Source: an uncultured Planctomycetota bacterium (GTDB lineage Bacteria > Planctomycetota > Planctomycetia > Isosphaerales > Isosphaeraceae). Taken from it: DNA of 64,000 nucleotides. Where the stretch lies: positions 32,001-96,000 of the forward strand of contig CAWJTV010000043.1 in NCBI GenBank assembly GCA_963845755.1, in the 5' to 3' direction. The translations under genes were made by a program, and so were the position numbers. Position 1 is the first letter of the stretch. Each line of letters opens with the position of its first letter. Under the pieces are notes generated by a model that made no database searches, was not told where the DNA came from, and worked only from the letters and a program-made list of their open reading frames with translations. Shown here in pieces: positions 1 to 11,200 of this stretch.

Positions 1-351
1 GCTTAGACCGCCGCCGCTGACCGTCACGCCCGCCTTCGGGCCGGTGATCGTCTCCGTCCCGGTCGTGTCGCTCAGCTCGAGCTGAGTGCCCGTCAGGGTG
101 ATCGTCTGCGGCGTCTTGAACACTGTCTTGTCAAAGGCGATCGTCTCGGCTCCCCCAGCCGAATTCGCCTGGCCAACCGCCCAGCGCAGCGTGCCGGTGC
201 TGCCGTTGTCCAGCGTGCTGGTCACGGTGAACGTCAACAGCAACCGGCGGTCCTCCAGCGCCATCAACGTCGGCCGCATCGACCGCCGACACCGGGCCTC
301 GACTGTACCCCGCCTGCGCCTCCACTGATTCTTCAAATCGATGTGACTCAT
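1..351 (-). CDS. N-terminus of a large secreted/surface protein with planctomycete extracellular leader (runs off window start)
   Basis: Manual translation from ATG at 351 (GAGGGAACC upstream): MSHIDLKNQWRRRR...PTLMALEDRRLLLTFTVTSTLDNGSTGTLRWAVGQAN. It has the LEDRRLL motif followed by a TVT..D..G.GTLR.A repeat start. Not in the ORF track because it is open at the window edge. Confidence 0.8.
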   Translation of the reverse strand, partial: MSHIDLKNQWRRRRGTVEARCRRSMRPTLMALEDRRLLLTFTVTSTLDNGSTGTLRWAVGQANSAGGAETIAFDKTVFKTPQTITLTGTQLELSDTTGTETITGPKAGVTVSGGGLS

Positions 352-386
352 GGTTCCCTCACTTTCCTTCTGATGAACAATCTCTC

Positions 387-1610
387 TCACGCTTTCACGA
401 ACGCCCCTCGCGGCGCACTACCATTCGCCGCCGACCGCGCCGCGCCGCGGGTCGGGTCGGCCGGTGCCCGCAGCGCCGCCGACACGTCGGCCAGCGCCGC
501 GTCGGGCACCACGAACGAGTTCTCCAGCAAGGTGTCGTCGTCGTTGATCAGGTCCGGGTATCGCCGGCCCGGAAGCACCGTCACGGCGAAGACCTCTTGC
601 ACGGCGGTCTCGAACCGCAACAGCGCGACCACCTGCCTGGTTGTCAGGTCGATCGCACAAACGCCGCAGGTCCGCTCGTCTTCGGCCAGCCGCTCGGTGA
701 TCGGGATGCCGCTGAAGACGGCGCTCTCGCGCACTTGCGAGAGCCCGACGAAGGCGAGGTTCCCGGCGAAGTCGAGCCCACGGGTGAAGCCCGGCACCTC
801 GGCGATTGGCTCGTACTTGCTAGTGTTTGGGTCGATGAAGCCGAATGTCCCCGCACCCGACTCGCAGACCCAGAGCCGGCCGGCGTGCCAACGCGGCGAG
901 TGGGGCATCGACAACCCGCGGGTGATCACCTCGCCGGAAGCCACGTCGATCAGGACGCCGCCGTTGGCCTTGTTCGCCCGCCAGCCGACGGGCTCGTCAG
1001 TCTCGCCCAGCGCCGTAACGTAGCGCGGGCGGCCGTCGACCATCGCCAGGCCGTTCAAGTGACAGCGGTCGGTGGGCTCAAGCGCCGTGACGAACGGCGG
1101 CCGCCACCGCGGTGCGAAGCTGGCCGAGCCATCGAGCGTGCAGAGGCAGGAGAACCGCGTGTTGACGACCCAGAGCGCACCGTCGGCGCCCCAGGCCATC
1201 TCATGGATCTGGATGTTGCCCGTAATGTGGCTGGAGCGGGGCAGGAAGCAGCCGTCGTGCCGGCCGGGCGGGTCGAGCTTGGCGGCGACAGCCGGGACGT
1301 CAACGTACTCCCAGACCTGGATCTGGGTGCCGACGGCCAGCCGGTCGCCCGATAAGGCCATGCCCATCGGGGCCTGAAAGGTGCGGAAGTGGGTGTTGAG
1401 GTGGTCCCCCTCCTCGCGGACCAGCACGAGCTTGCCGGCCTGGTAGGTGGTGACCAGGAGCGAGGCACCGAGCCGCCGCAACAGCGCGGGGAAGTCGGTC
1501 GTGTGAACAGCCCGCAAGGGCGTCGGGCGATCCATCTTGGGGCCGTCAGGGTCCAGAGAGGGTCCCGCGGAGGAAGCTGGTGTAGCCATGGTTTTATCAT
1601 CCACATTCAA
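387..1610 (-). CDS. TIGR03032/DUF4915 family protein
   Basis: Motifs LLVTTYQAGKL, TGNIQIHEMAW, VNTRFSCLCTL, DRCHLNGLA, GLSMPHSPRW and PGFTRGLDF. The true start may be 1589. Confidence 0.9.
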   Translation of the reverse strand: MNVDDKTMATPASSAGPSLDPDGPKMDRPTPLRAVHTTDFPALLRRLGASLLVTTYQAGKLVLVREEGDHLNTHFRTFQAPMGMALSGDRLAVGTQIQVWEYVDVPAVAAKLDPPGRHDGCFLPRSSHITGNIQIHEMAWGADGALWVVNTRFSCLCTLDGSASFAPRWRPPFVTALEPTDRCHLNGLAMVDGRPRYVTALGETDEPVGWRANKANGGVLIDVASGEVITRGLSMPHSPRWHAGRLWVCESGAGTFGFIDPNTSKYEPIAEVPGFTRGLDFAGNLAFVGLSQVRESAVFSGIPITERLAEDERTCGVCAIDLTTRQVVALLRFETAVQEVFAVTVLPGRRYPDLINDDDTLLENSFVVPDAALADVSAALRAPADPTRGAARSAANGSAPRGAFVKA

Positions 1611-1904
1611 AGGGCTGACCGCGGCCTCGGAAGTGTCGAAGTCGCGATGGAGTGCTCAGTGGAACCCGAGCTTCGTCACACTGGCGTCTTGCTCGCTCGC
1701 CTTGCCGCTCTTGTTGATCGGAGGCGTTTGCTGTCGGCTCCCATCGAAGGAGAGAGCGGCCCCCCTCCTCGCGGAGCCGCATCTCGGTTGGGGCATAGGA
1801 CGTTCCGGGCGTCTGCCCGGCCCAAAGAGAAAACCACGTGTCAGACCGGTTTTCTCGCGGGACCGGGACACACGCCCAGACCTTCGCGGTCGGGAGGACC
1901 GGGC

Positions 1905-2769
1905 TCAGTGGGCAGGCGTTGCGACGTACCCGTGTGTTACGCCGTCAGAATCATCATATGATCCTACGATTTCACCTGACGCGTTGATGGAAAAGATCCC
2001 CGTATTGATCTCGCCGGGCACGTCGATCGTCATGTAGACGCCCCCGCGCAACACGAAGCCATGCTGATTGCCGTCCGCATCGACGTAGAGTCCGACGATC
2101 TCGCCACATTCGTTGATTCCCTGCGCCACGGTCAGCACAGCATGAGGCACGTCGAGCGTCGTGTAGTGCCCTTTGCTCCGCACGAAGCCGTGGCGGTTGC
2201 CGGCGCTATCCACGTAGTCGCCCACGATCTCTCCCTGGTCGTTGATCCCCAGGCCCACCGTCCCTAGAGGTGCCGTCGCACCAGGCACGTCGAACGTGGT
2301 GAAGACACCCTTGCTCCAGATGAAGCCGTGACGCGTCTGGTTGGCATCGCGATAGACTCCCACGACCTGGCACTGCGCAGTTGAGGAACTCGGCCTGCGT
2401 GTGGATCGAGCCGGGCGGGTCGAGCGTGGTGACGACGCCCTTGCTTCGGAAATAGCCGTGGAACGTGCCGCTGGCATCGATGTAAATTCCTGAGATCTCG
2501 CCGTTGGCGTTGATCCCGTTGACACTCGTATAAGTTGCGCCGGGTACATCGATCTGGTTGAGGATGCCCTTGCTAAACACAAACCCATGCGTGCTGCCGT
2601 CCGCATCATCGAACTCTCCCGCAATCGCGTGCGGGCTGTTGCCGTTGACTGCGGTCCGGGTCGATCCGGGCACGTCGATCGTGGTGAAATGGAACTGCGC
2701 CTTCGCCGACCCCGGGAAACCCAGGAACAGGCCCAGCGCCACGGCCGCGAACAATCTCTGAGTCGTCAT
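1905..2769 (-). CDS. Secreted HAF-like repeat protein (frameshift near 2380)
   Basis: Signal peptide MTTQRLFAAVALGLFLGFPGSAKAQ, then repeats of TTIDVPG...GIN..GEIVG.Y.D..G..HGF. Split between ORFs 2206..3027 and 1905..2624. Confidence 0.8.
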
Positions 2770-3140
2770 CGTTGCACTCCTTCGTTGGACGGTCATTGCC
2801 GGACGACTCGGGAACCACTCCCGAAAACGGACCGGCGTGACGTTGTCGTGAGTCGCTCGATTTAGCGGGAGGCTCATGGACTGGTCCTCCCGTGTCTGCG
2901 TTGCCAGGAACCTGGCTGCCGCCCGCGGCGCGCAGACCGGGCGCCCGGCGGTGTGGGCGCTGCTCGAAGGCAGAACCTCACCGGCCACTCTTCTCTGACT
3001 CAGGGGAAATCCGCAGGCATCCGGCACACAGAGGTGACGGGCGATTCGATGTGCTGTGGAATTTTGGTCTTGGTGCCTTCTGGGTCGGCTCTCGCTCGTT
3101 TGTCCCCCAGCAAGGCCACGGCCCGCGGCCTACGTCTTCG

Positions 3141-5990
3141 TCATCGTCCGTCCGGAGGAGTCTGCGGCTTCTGGCGAAGCGTCTTGAGCAACGCCTGGAA
3201 ATCCGAGCGGGGGCGTAGCGAGCGGAGATCCGGATCGCGCTCGATCCAGTCGGCCTCCCTGTAACCACGATCGACGGCTTGCTGCAGCGCAGCCATCGCC
3301 TTGTCGGAGTACACTTGAGATGACTTCTGCATGGGTTTGCTTGGGTCAGCAGGCAGGTTCGCCGTGACTTCGCCGGCCAAGGCGAGCCCGCAGGCCAGAT
3401 CGTAGGCGAACATATGATTTTCGCCGACGATCCGATTGCCAATTGCGATGGCCTGACCAAGAGACTCGAGGGCTTCGCCTGTCTTCCCTTGTTTAGCACG
3501 TGTCTTGCCGATCCCACGCAGAATCATGGCCAGGGCGTTCAGATTCCTCACGTCATTCGGATTCGTCTTGCGCACCATTTCCGCTTGTTCGCGCGCCTTG
3601 GCGAGGGCGTTCAATCCGGCCTCGATCTCGTCCCGGTCAATGAGATACTCGCCAAGCTCGGCAGAACTGGTCGCTAAGACCCTCCTGAATTCGTTGACGG
3701 CCGGATTCTCGACGACGATCCGTTCCATGATCTCCACCGACTCCACGAAGTGTTGTCGGCTCTCTTTCCATCGGCCCAGGATCTTGAAGAGGACTGCCAT
3801 TCCCCGAGTGCTCAAGGCGAGTGTGTAGCGCAACTGCGGATCTTCGGGATGTTCCGCGACGAGAGTCCGCTGGATCTGATTGGCCTGATGCACGGAATCG
3901 AAAGCCTCGGCGGGTTGCCCCTGCGCGACGAGGATCTGGCCCAGATCGCTCAGGGACATACCGAGCTCGATCCGATAGGACAGTTGATTGGGGAACTCCG
4001 CGGAGAGGCTCTCGAGCAGCGCGATAGCCGCCCGTTGGTGATGGATCGCCTCGTCGGGTTTTCCATGACCATGCAAGTTACTGGCCATATAATGATGGGC
4101 GAGGGCAAGATCGGCGCGGATCGCCGAGTCGCGTGGCGGATCCCTCTGGAGCTGGTTCAGAAGGGCGATGGAGCGCTCGAACGAGGTAAGCGACTCGTCC
4201 GATTGCCCGTGATTGGCCTGGATCATCGCCATCCTGACCAGGCAGCGACCCTCGCCCGCGCGGTAAGACTTTCTCAAGGGTTCGGCAGCTGCCTGCGCGA
4301 GCGATTTGTACATTTCCGAGGCCGTCTGGAATGCCTTTAGAGCGTCTTGCTTCGAGCCGATCTGGTCGATGATCTCGCCGACGCGCAGCGTGGCCGCGGC
4401 CAGATCGGCTTGCAGGTCGGTGTCGTCATGATTCTGGCTTACGAAGTCTTCGTAGTACTTCAAGGCTGTTGTCAGCAGCTCCTTGCGGAGTGGTTGCAGG
4501 CCGGGCAAGGGCGAATTGAGCAATCGACTCTCGCTGATCGCCGTCAAGTAATCGTCCACGGCGGCACGGGCGCGGGCCAGGTTGGCTTTTGCATCATCCT
4601 CCGCCCTGATCGCCCGGTCGCGCTGGTTCTGAGCTTCGAGCCGTTGTTTGTTTTCGCCATCGTAAGCCAGGATCGCCTCCGCCTTGGCTCTGTTGGCACG
4701 AACCGCCTGCCAGGCGCTGACGACCGAGGCCAGGATGAGCACAGCGGCGAAAGCGCACACCATCGCCATGACCCCGCGATACTTCCTGGCGAACTTGCTC
4801 AGACGGTAGGCCGACGACGGCGGACACGCCTGCACCGGCTCGTCATCCAGGTAGCGGCGCAGGTCGGCTGCCAACCCGTTCGCGGTCTCGTAGCGTCGAT
4901 TGCGGTCCTTCTCGAGTGCCTTCATCACGATCCAATCGAGCTCTCCCCGCACCAGAACGCTCAGTCTCCGCGGCTCGATGTGTCGACACGCCGCGATACT
5001 CGGCAGCTCCTCGGTCGAGCTCAGGCGCACGCTCGGCCGTGGAGACTCCTCCTCGCGGATCAGTCGCAGCACCTCGAGAAACAAGACGGACTTCAGCCGC
5101 TTGTGCTGCAGCGGGGTCGAGCCGGTCAAGAGCTCATAGATCAGGACTCCCAGGCTGTAGATGTCACTGCGGGTGTCGATGTCGAGCTGGTTCAATTCGG
5201 CCTGCTCGGGGCTCATGTACTCCAGCGTGCCGACCACCGCCCCGAACTCGGTGTACAGCGTCTCGTCGGTCAACCGCGGTCCGGTCGCCTTGGCCACCCC
5301 GAAGTCGATGATCTTCGGCACCGGTTGGCCATCGTACAGGGCGATCAGGACATTCGAAGGTTTCAGGTCGCGATGGATAATGCCCTTCTGGTGGGCGTGC
5401 TGTACGGCCTGGCACACCGGGATGGCCAGCTCGAGTCGCTTGCGAAGCGTCAGCCGGCGCTCGTCGCAGAACGTGGTAATCGGAATACCCTTGACCAGCT
5501 CCATCACGAAGTAGGGGCGTCCCTCTGCGGTGGCGCCGGCGTCAAGGACCTTGGCGATGTTGGGGTGGTCCATGAGGGCCAGTGCCTGGCGTTCGGCCCC
5601 GAACCGGGCCAGGACCTGTCGGCTGTCCATACCGGCCTTGATGAGCTTGAGCGCGACCGTTCGCCGCACGGGCTGGGTTTGCTCGGCCATGTAGACCGTG
5701 CCCATGCCCCCCTCGCCGATCCGCTGAAGGAGTTTATATGGGCCAATGGACTTTCCAGGCCATTCGCCGTCGGTGACTGACGCGTCATTTGCGGTCGCGT
5801 CGGCATCGACGGCCGGGGATTCCAGGAAGCTGCCGGCTGCGACATCATGGCGCAGGAGGTCTTCGATCCCGACGCGGAGCGACTCATCCACGCCACAAGC
5901 GGCGTCGAGGAACGCGGCACGTTGAGCAGGGTCGGCCAGCTCCGCTGCGGCGTTGAAGAGGCGCTCCATGTCCGATCTCGATGCAGCCAC
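3141..5990 (-). CDS. Hanks-type Ser/Thr kinase with TM segment and C-terminal TPRs
   Basis: IGEGGMGTVY, VALK, HRDLKPSN, DFG, YMSPEQ and DIYSLG motifs; hydrophobic segment; TPR-like helices. Confidence 0.95.
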   Translation of the reverse strand: MAASRSDMERLFNAAAELADPAQRAAFLDAACGVDESLRVGIEDLLRHDVAAGSFLESPAVDADATANDASVTDGEWPGKSIGPYKLLQRIGEGGMGTVYMAEQTQPVRRTVALKLIKAGMDSRQVLARFGAERQALALMDHPNIAKVLDAGATAEGRPYFVMELVKGIPITTFCDERRLTLRKRLELAIPVCQAVQHAHQKGIIHRDLKPSNVLIALYDGQPVPKIIDFGVAKATGPRLTDETLYTEFGAVVGTLEYMSPEQAELNQLDIDTRSDIYSLGVLIYELLTGSTPLQHKRLKSVLFLEVLRLIREEESPRPSVRLSSTEELPSIAACRHIEPRRLSVLVRGELDWIVMKALEKDRNRRYETANGLAADLRRYLDDEPVQACPPSSAYRLSKFARKYRGVMAMVCAFAAVLILASVVSAWQAVRANRAKAEAILAYDGENKQRLEAQNQRDRAIRAEDDAKANLARARAAVDDYLTAISESRLLNSPLPGLQPLRKELLTTALKYYEDFVSQNHDDTDLQADLAAATLRVGEIIDQIGSKQDALKAFQTASEMYKSLAQAAAEPLRKSYRAGEGRCLVRMAMIQANHGQSDESLTSFERSIALLNQLQRDPPRDSAIRADLALAHHYMASNLHGHGKPDEAIHHQRAAIALLESLSAEFPNQLSYRIELGMSLSDLGQILVAQGQPAEAFDSVHQANQIQRTLVAEHPEDPQLRYTLALSTRGMAVLFKILGRWKESRQHFVESVEIMERIVVENPAVNEFRRVLATSSAELGEYLIDRDEIEAGLNALAKAREQAEMVRKTNPNDVRNLNALAMILRGIGKTRAKQGKTGEALESLGQAIAIGNRIVGENHMFAYDLACGLALAGEVTANLPADPSKPMQKSSQVYSDKAMAALQQAVDRGYREADWIERDPDLRSLRPRSDFQALLKTLRQKPQTPPDGR

Positions 5991-6021
5991 GGTGTTACTC
6001 CACGTTTGAGTGTCCCGCAGG

Positions 6022-6052
6022 CCAATGCGACGAAATCGACCAATAGGGATCA
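6022..6052 (-). promoter_or_regulatory. Putative ECF-type promoter upstream of kinase (TGATCC-N17-CGCATTGG)
   Basis: Same geometry as the motif upstream of the second kinase at 8204-8234. Confidence 0.4.
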
Positions 6053-6070
6053 GCGCGTCCGTGAGATTCT

Positions 6071-6658
6071 TTATCTCCCTGCGCGATCGTTAACCGGGCC
6101 GCCCCACTCTGCCACCTCGCGGTGCAACCATGCTTTCGCGTAACGCCAGTATCGTTTGGCCGTTACGGCCGACACGCCCAACACATGGGACGCCTCATCC
6201 AGACTTAAGCCGGCGAAGAATCGCAACTGGACCAGGCGGGCCTTGATCGGATCCTCGGCCGCGAGTCTGGTCATCGCCTCGTCCAGGGCCAAGAGTTCCT
6301 CGGGCGGCATCCGGCAGACCAAGGATGCCTCGTCAAAATCGACGCGCAGTCGGCCGCCGCCATGCTTTTCACGGCGTTTGCGCCGGGCGTTTTCGACCAG
6401 GATACGTCGCATCGCTTCAGCAGCCGCGGCGAAGAAGTGGCCACGGTTATCCCAGCCGTCCTCGCGCCGGCCACCGACAAGTCGCAGGTAAGCTTCATGC
6501 ACGAGGTCGGTAGCCTGGAGGGTCAGGCCGGGCTTTTCTCGGGCCAACCTCCGTATGGCCAGCTTGCGGAGCTCCTCGTAGACTAGGGGTAGGAGCTGTT
6601 CGGCGGCCCGCGGGTCGCCCTGCTCGATCGCCGAGAGGATCCGTGTCACTTCGGTCAT
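6071..6658 (-). CDS. ECF sigma factor, TIGR02999-type (kinase-associated)
   Basis: MTEVTRILSAIEQGD..AAEQLLPLVYEELRKLA, TLQATDLVHEAYLRL, HFFAAAAEAMRRILV, VQLRFFAGL. Confidence 0.93.
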   Translation of the reverse strand: MTEVTRILSAIEQGDPRAAEQLLPLVYEELRKLAIRRLAREKPGLTLQATDLVHEAYLRLVGGRREDGWDNRGHFFAAAAEAMRRILVENARRKRREKHGGGRLRVDFDEASLVCRMPPEELLALDEAMTRLAAEDPIKARLVQLRFFAGLSLDEASHVLGVSAVTAKRYWRYAKAWLHREVAEWGGPVNDRAGR

Positions 6659-7185
6659 GGGAGACGGCCATCCTGGCCCATCCGCCCAGGTTGCTATCAT
6701 AGCCCGCTTCGGGGCTCCGTTGCTCCGACTCGACCTGAATAAAACTGCAATGAGGGCGCGGACGGCCAGACTTCATCGTAAATCAGACGGCCAGGAAATG
6801 ATAGGCGCACATGGCTTCGCCGAGCCAGACACGAGGCGACAGGTCACTGTGGCCAGGGAGCCTCGACCACGCTCAGAACTTGCCGGGCACCGCATTCTAA
6901 CGAGTCTCCGGAAGTTGATCCCCGGGGTCATCGATCGTCTCAGTGGCTCTCGTTTTCATCAGCCTCCTCCGACAGCCAATTATCAACGCGCACTCTTCAT
7001 CGTGCGCTTATGAATCATTGCCGGTGGCGGAAGCCCATCAGGAGTCGAGGTTCACGCAGCTTGAGAATCCTTCACTCGTGTGACGGCTAGTCCAGCATCG
7101 GGTCCAGCTCTGCCACAGCCTGCCTTTGGGAAGTCTCGAGAGAATCCCGGCGAACAACTCAACCCCTTTTCTGAATTGACTTAGA

Positions 7186-7232
7186 GGGCGATGAGGGATT
7201 TCGAAACCCCGACATCCTGCGTGTAAAGCAGG
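7186..7232 (-). repeat. att-like copy 3 of tRNA-Val(TAC) 3' half (slightly degenerate)
   Basis: gggcgatgagggatttcgaaaccccgacatcctgcgtgtaaagcagg matches the tRNA from 19972, with one extra T and two substitutions. Confidence 0.9.
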
Positions 7233-7632
7233 CTGACTCTTATGGAATTTGTGGCCCTAAGTGGAATAGCGATATGGCCTTATGACACGGCATTACTGTG
7301 CCACTCGTTTCCAGGATTTCTATAGTTTTGTGACGATTCATAATAGTTTAGCGCGGTCTCTCTGCCATGGCAGAGTTGATCTTCGCCGCGCCCTCACTTC
7401 TCGGCCAGAAGGACCGCAACGTGACACGCGCTCAACACGCTGCCACGTCAACGCGTCAGATGCTCATTCAGGTCCGAGCAAAGACGAAGTGGGTGCGCAA
7501 CTCAGGACGAGTCGCAAGTCAAGGTATCGGGGTCGTCAAGGACGTGGAGCGGGTGAAATCTCTGTTCGACCTATTCGCTGCGGTTCTGGACCAACTTTAC
7601 CGGATTCCGTCGGCGAGGCTAGACTCGGCGTT

Positions 7633-8181
7633 ATGTTCGAGATCACCCACCTTCTCGACGCCGCCGCGGCCGGCGACCGCCAGGCGGCGTCCGACCTGCT
7701 CCCGCTCGTTTACGACGAGTTGCGAAAGCTCGCGGCCGCGCGGATGGCCGCGGAGGCCCCCGGGCACACCCTCGACGCCACCGCCCTGGTGCACGAGGCT
7801 TACCTGCGGCTGGTCGGCGACCAGCAGTTCGACGGTCGAGGGCACTTCTTCGCCGCCGCGGCCGAGGCGATGCGGCGGGTGCTGGTCAACCACGCCCGGG
7901 ACCGCAACCGGCGGAAGCGGGGCGGCGGGCGGAATCGGGTCGACCTCGACCGGCTCACCGGTCCGGCCGTCGCCACCGACGACGACATCCTCGAGCTCGA
8001 CGGCGCCCTCGACCGGCTGGCGAACGAGTTCCCCGTAGCCGCCGAGCTCGTGAAGCTGCGGTTCTTCGCCGGGCTCACGCTGGGTGATGCGGCAGAAGCC
8101 ATGGGCATCCCCCGTCGGACCGCCGACCGGCACTGGTCATTCGCCAGGGCCTGGCTCGCCGACGCGCTCGCCGGAGGGTAA
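7633..8181 (+). CDS. ECF sigma factor, TIGR02999-type
   Basis: MFEITHLLDAAAAGDRQAASDLLPLVYDELRKLA, TLDATALVHEAYLRL, VKLRFFAGL, RTADRHW. Confidence 0.93.
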   Translation: MFEITHLLDAAAAGDRQAASDLLPLVYDELRKLAAARMAAEAPGHTLDATALVHEAYLRLVGDQQFDGRGHFFAAAAEAMRRVLVNHARDRNRRKRGGGRNRVDLDRLTGPAVATDDDILELDGALDRLANEFPVAAELVKLRFFAGLTLGDAAEAMGIPRRTADRHWSFARAWLADALAGG

Positions 8182-8203
8182 TCTCAGAATATTTTGGATC
8201 CCG

Positions 8204-8234
8204 TGGCGCACTCCCGGGCAAGACGGGGCATTGG
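8204..8234 (+). promoter_or_regulatory. Putative ECF-type promoter upstream of kinase (TGGCGC-N17-GGCATTGG)
   Basis: Parallels 6022-6052 and is followed by a GGAGG RBS before ATG 8265. Confidence 0.4.
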
Positions 8235-8264
8235 GAGAGGAAACCCTAACCCGGAGGTGAAAAC

Positions 8265-11200
8265 ATGCCCGACGCCAACCCCGGACTGATGACCCTCTTC
8301 GCCGAAGCCCTGGAACGCACCGACCCGGCCGACCGGGCCGCATACCTGGACTGCGCCTGTGCGGGCGATGCCGCGCCTCCGCCGTCGGGTCGAGGCGCTG
8401 CTGGCCGCCCACGACGGCGCCGGCCGTTTCCTGGAACCCGATGCCACCGGCGTGTCCGGACCCGCGTCAGCCGCAACCCTGGAAGCGACCGGGACATCCG
8501 CGCCGGAAACGCGTCCCCCGCCGGAACCGGCGACCCGGGAAAACACACCCGACGGCACGATCGCCGCGGTCCCGGGCGCCACGCCGGCCGCCTCCCCCGA
8601 TGGGTTCGTCGCGGGCCAGGTCATCGCCGGCCGTTTCACGCTGCTGGAGGTCCTCGGCGAGGGGGGGATGGGCACGGTTTACCGGGCCGAGCAGACCCAG
8701 CCGGTCAAGCGGCCGGTGGCCTTGAAGCTGATCAAGGTCGGCATGGACTCGCGCACGGTGCTGGCCCGGTTCGACGCCGAACGCCAGGCTCTGGCCTTGA
8801 TGGATCACCCGAACATCGCCCGCGTTTACGACGGCGGCACCACTGCGGCCGGCCAGCCGTTCTTCGTGATGGAGCTGGTCAAGGGCGTCCCGATCACCGA
8901 GTACTGCGACCGGCATCGGCTCCCGGTGCGGGCCCGGCTGGAGCTGTTCGTGGCCGTCTGCCAGGCGGTCCAACATGCCCACCAGAAGGGGATCATCCAC
9001 CGCGATCTGAAGCCCTCCAACGTCCTGGTCACCGAGGTCGACGGCCGGCCCACCCCCAAGGTCATCGACTTCGGCGTCGCCAAGGCGACCGAATTCCGGC
9101 TCACCGAGCAGAGCCTGGCCGACACCGGGGCGATCGTCGGCACGCCGACGTACATGTCGCCGGAGCAGGCCGACCCGTCGTCGATGGACATCGACACCCG
9201 CACCGACGTCTACGCGCTGGGCGTAATCCTCTACGAGCTGCTGGCCGGCTCGCCGCCGCTCGACGCGAACCAGTTCAAGCGCGGGGCGCTCCTGGAGATG
9301 CTGCGGATGGTGCGGGAAGTCGACCCGCCCCGGCCAAGCACCAAGGTCAGCACGGCCGAGGCCCTGCCCAACATCGCCGCCAGCCGCGACATCGAGCCGG
9401 CGCACTTGAAGCGGGCGCTCACGGGTGACCTCGACTGGATCGTGATGAAGGCGATCGAGAAGGACCGCTCCCGGCGGTATGAGACGGCGAACGGCTTCGC
9501 GGCCGACGTCCTGCGCCACCTGGCGAACGAGCCCGTCGTGGCCGCGCCGCCGAGTCGGGCCTACCGGATGCGGAAGTTCGTCCGGAAGAATCGTGGCCAG
9601 GTGATCGCTGCGAGTTTGGTGCTGGCGACGCTCGTCATCGGCATCGTGGGGACCACCCTGGGCTTGTTCCAGGCCAGGCGGCAGGAGCAGATCGCGCAGA
9701 CCTCGGCGACGAATGAGGCGAAAGCACGCAGCAAAGCAGAAGACCTCGCGACGAAGGAGGCGAGGGCACGCGGGCAAGCGGACGAACGAGCCGAGCAGCT
9801 CGCCCGCGAGGATTACGTCAACCGCGTCAACCGGGCCTATCGCGAGGTGGAAGACGATAACGTCGCGCTGGCCGAGGACCTGCTGCACGGTTGTCCGCCC
9901 GAACGTCGCGGCTGGGAGTGGCATTCCGTCAAGAGGCTCTGCCGCTCGGAGCGACTCGTCCTGAATCCGGCCCAGAGCGTCAACGCCGTCGCCTACAGCC
10001 CGGACGGGAGCTGGATCGCGGCAAGCTCGGGCGCGGTGGTATTCCGGGGGATGGGGACCCCGAGAGATGAATCGGCCGTGAACCTCTGGGATGCGGCGAC
10101 GGGCCGGCGGCGACTGGTCCTTCGCGGGATCAAAGGCTGCGTCTATGGCCTGGCCGTGAGCCCGGATGGAAAACGGATCGCGGTCGGAAGCGGGACCGAA
10201 CGCCCCAAAGTCGAAGCCCGACTGTCGGTTTGGGATGCGGCGACCGGCCATGTCGTATGGTCCCGGGACGAGCCGGAATTCGAGGCCATGAGCGTCGCCT
10301 TCAGCCCTGACGGCAAGTCGGTCGCCGTGGGCTTCGGGTTCTACCTCGGCGATTCCGTCGGCAAGGTCAAGGTCTGGGACGCCGCCACCGGTCGAGAGCG
10401 ATCGACGTTCACCGGCCCGCCGGGGTGGGGAGTGAACAAGATCGCCTTCCATTCCGACGGTCGTCGACTCGCCGCCGCCGGGTCGGGGGCACCCAGATCT
10501 GGGACATCGTCGCCGGATCCAAGGTGCGGGATCTGGTCGGCCACGACCGATGGGTCCTGGGTGCCGCCTTCAGCCCCGACGGCAAGTGGCTGGCGACGGG
10601 TGGGTGGGACCGGACGGTCAAGCTGTGGAATGCCGACACCGGTGCGGAGGAGCGGACGATCTTCGCCCACGAGGGCTACGTACTCGATCTGGCCTTCAGC
10701 CCCGACGGCCGGCGCCTCGTCACGACGAGCGAGGACCGCAGCGTCAGGCTCTGGGAGATCCCCTCAGGACGCCGCGTCGCGACCTACCATGGCCACACCG
10801 ACTTTGTCCAGGCCGTCGCCTTCCGGCCGGACGGCCGTGAGCTGGCGAGCGCCAGCCTGGATGGCTCGGTCAGGGTCTGGAACCTGCGCACCAGCCGCCC
10901 GGTCGTCTTTGGCGGGCACTCCGGCTGGGTCGAAACCCTGGCGTTCCGGCGGGATGGCCGGCGGATCGTCTCGCTCGGAGGCAGACAGACGGCCCAGGGC
11001 GAGGTGGCGATGGGCTGGAACCCGGAAACCGGCGAGCTCGACCCCTCCCTGAGCGGGGTCGACCTCACGGCCCCCTCGTCCCTGTTCGTGGCAGGCACCT
11101 CGATGGGCGAAAGGCTCTCGAAAGGGGAAGTGACCGCGAAAAGCGCCGACGGAAAGCTGGTGGTCCAGCTCAGCCAAAACAGCGGCTACGGTGAAACGTC

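Noticed and set aside
4347..10452. Long antisense ORFs (e.g. 4347..5780 +, 8467..10452 -) and similar ones elsewhere
   Set aside because: Shadow ORFs of high-GC coding genes on the opposite strand, with no family motifs.
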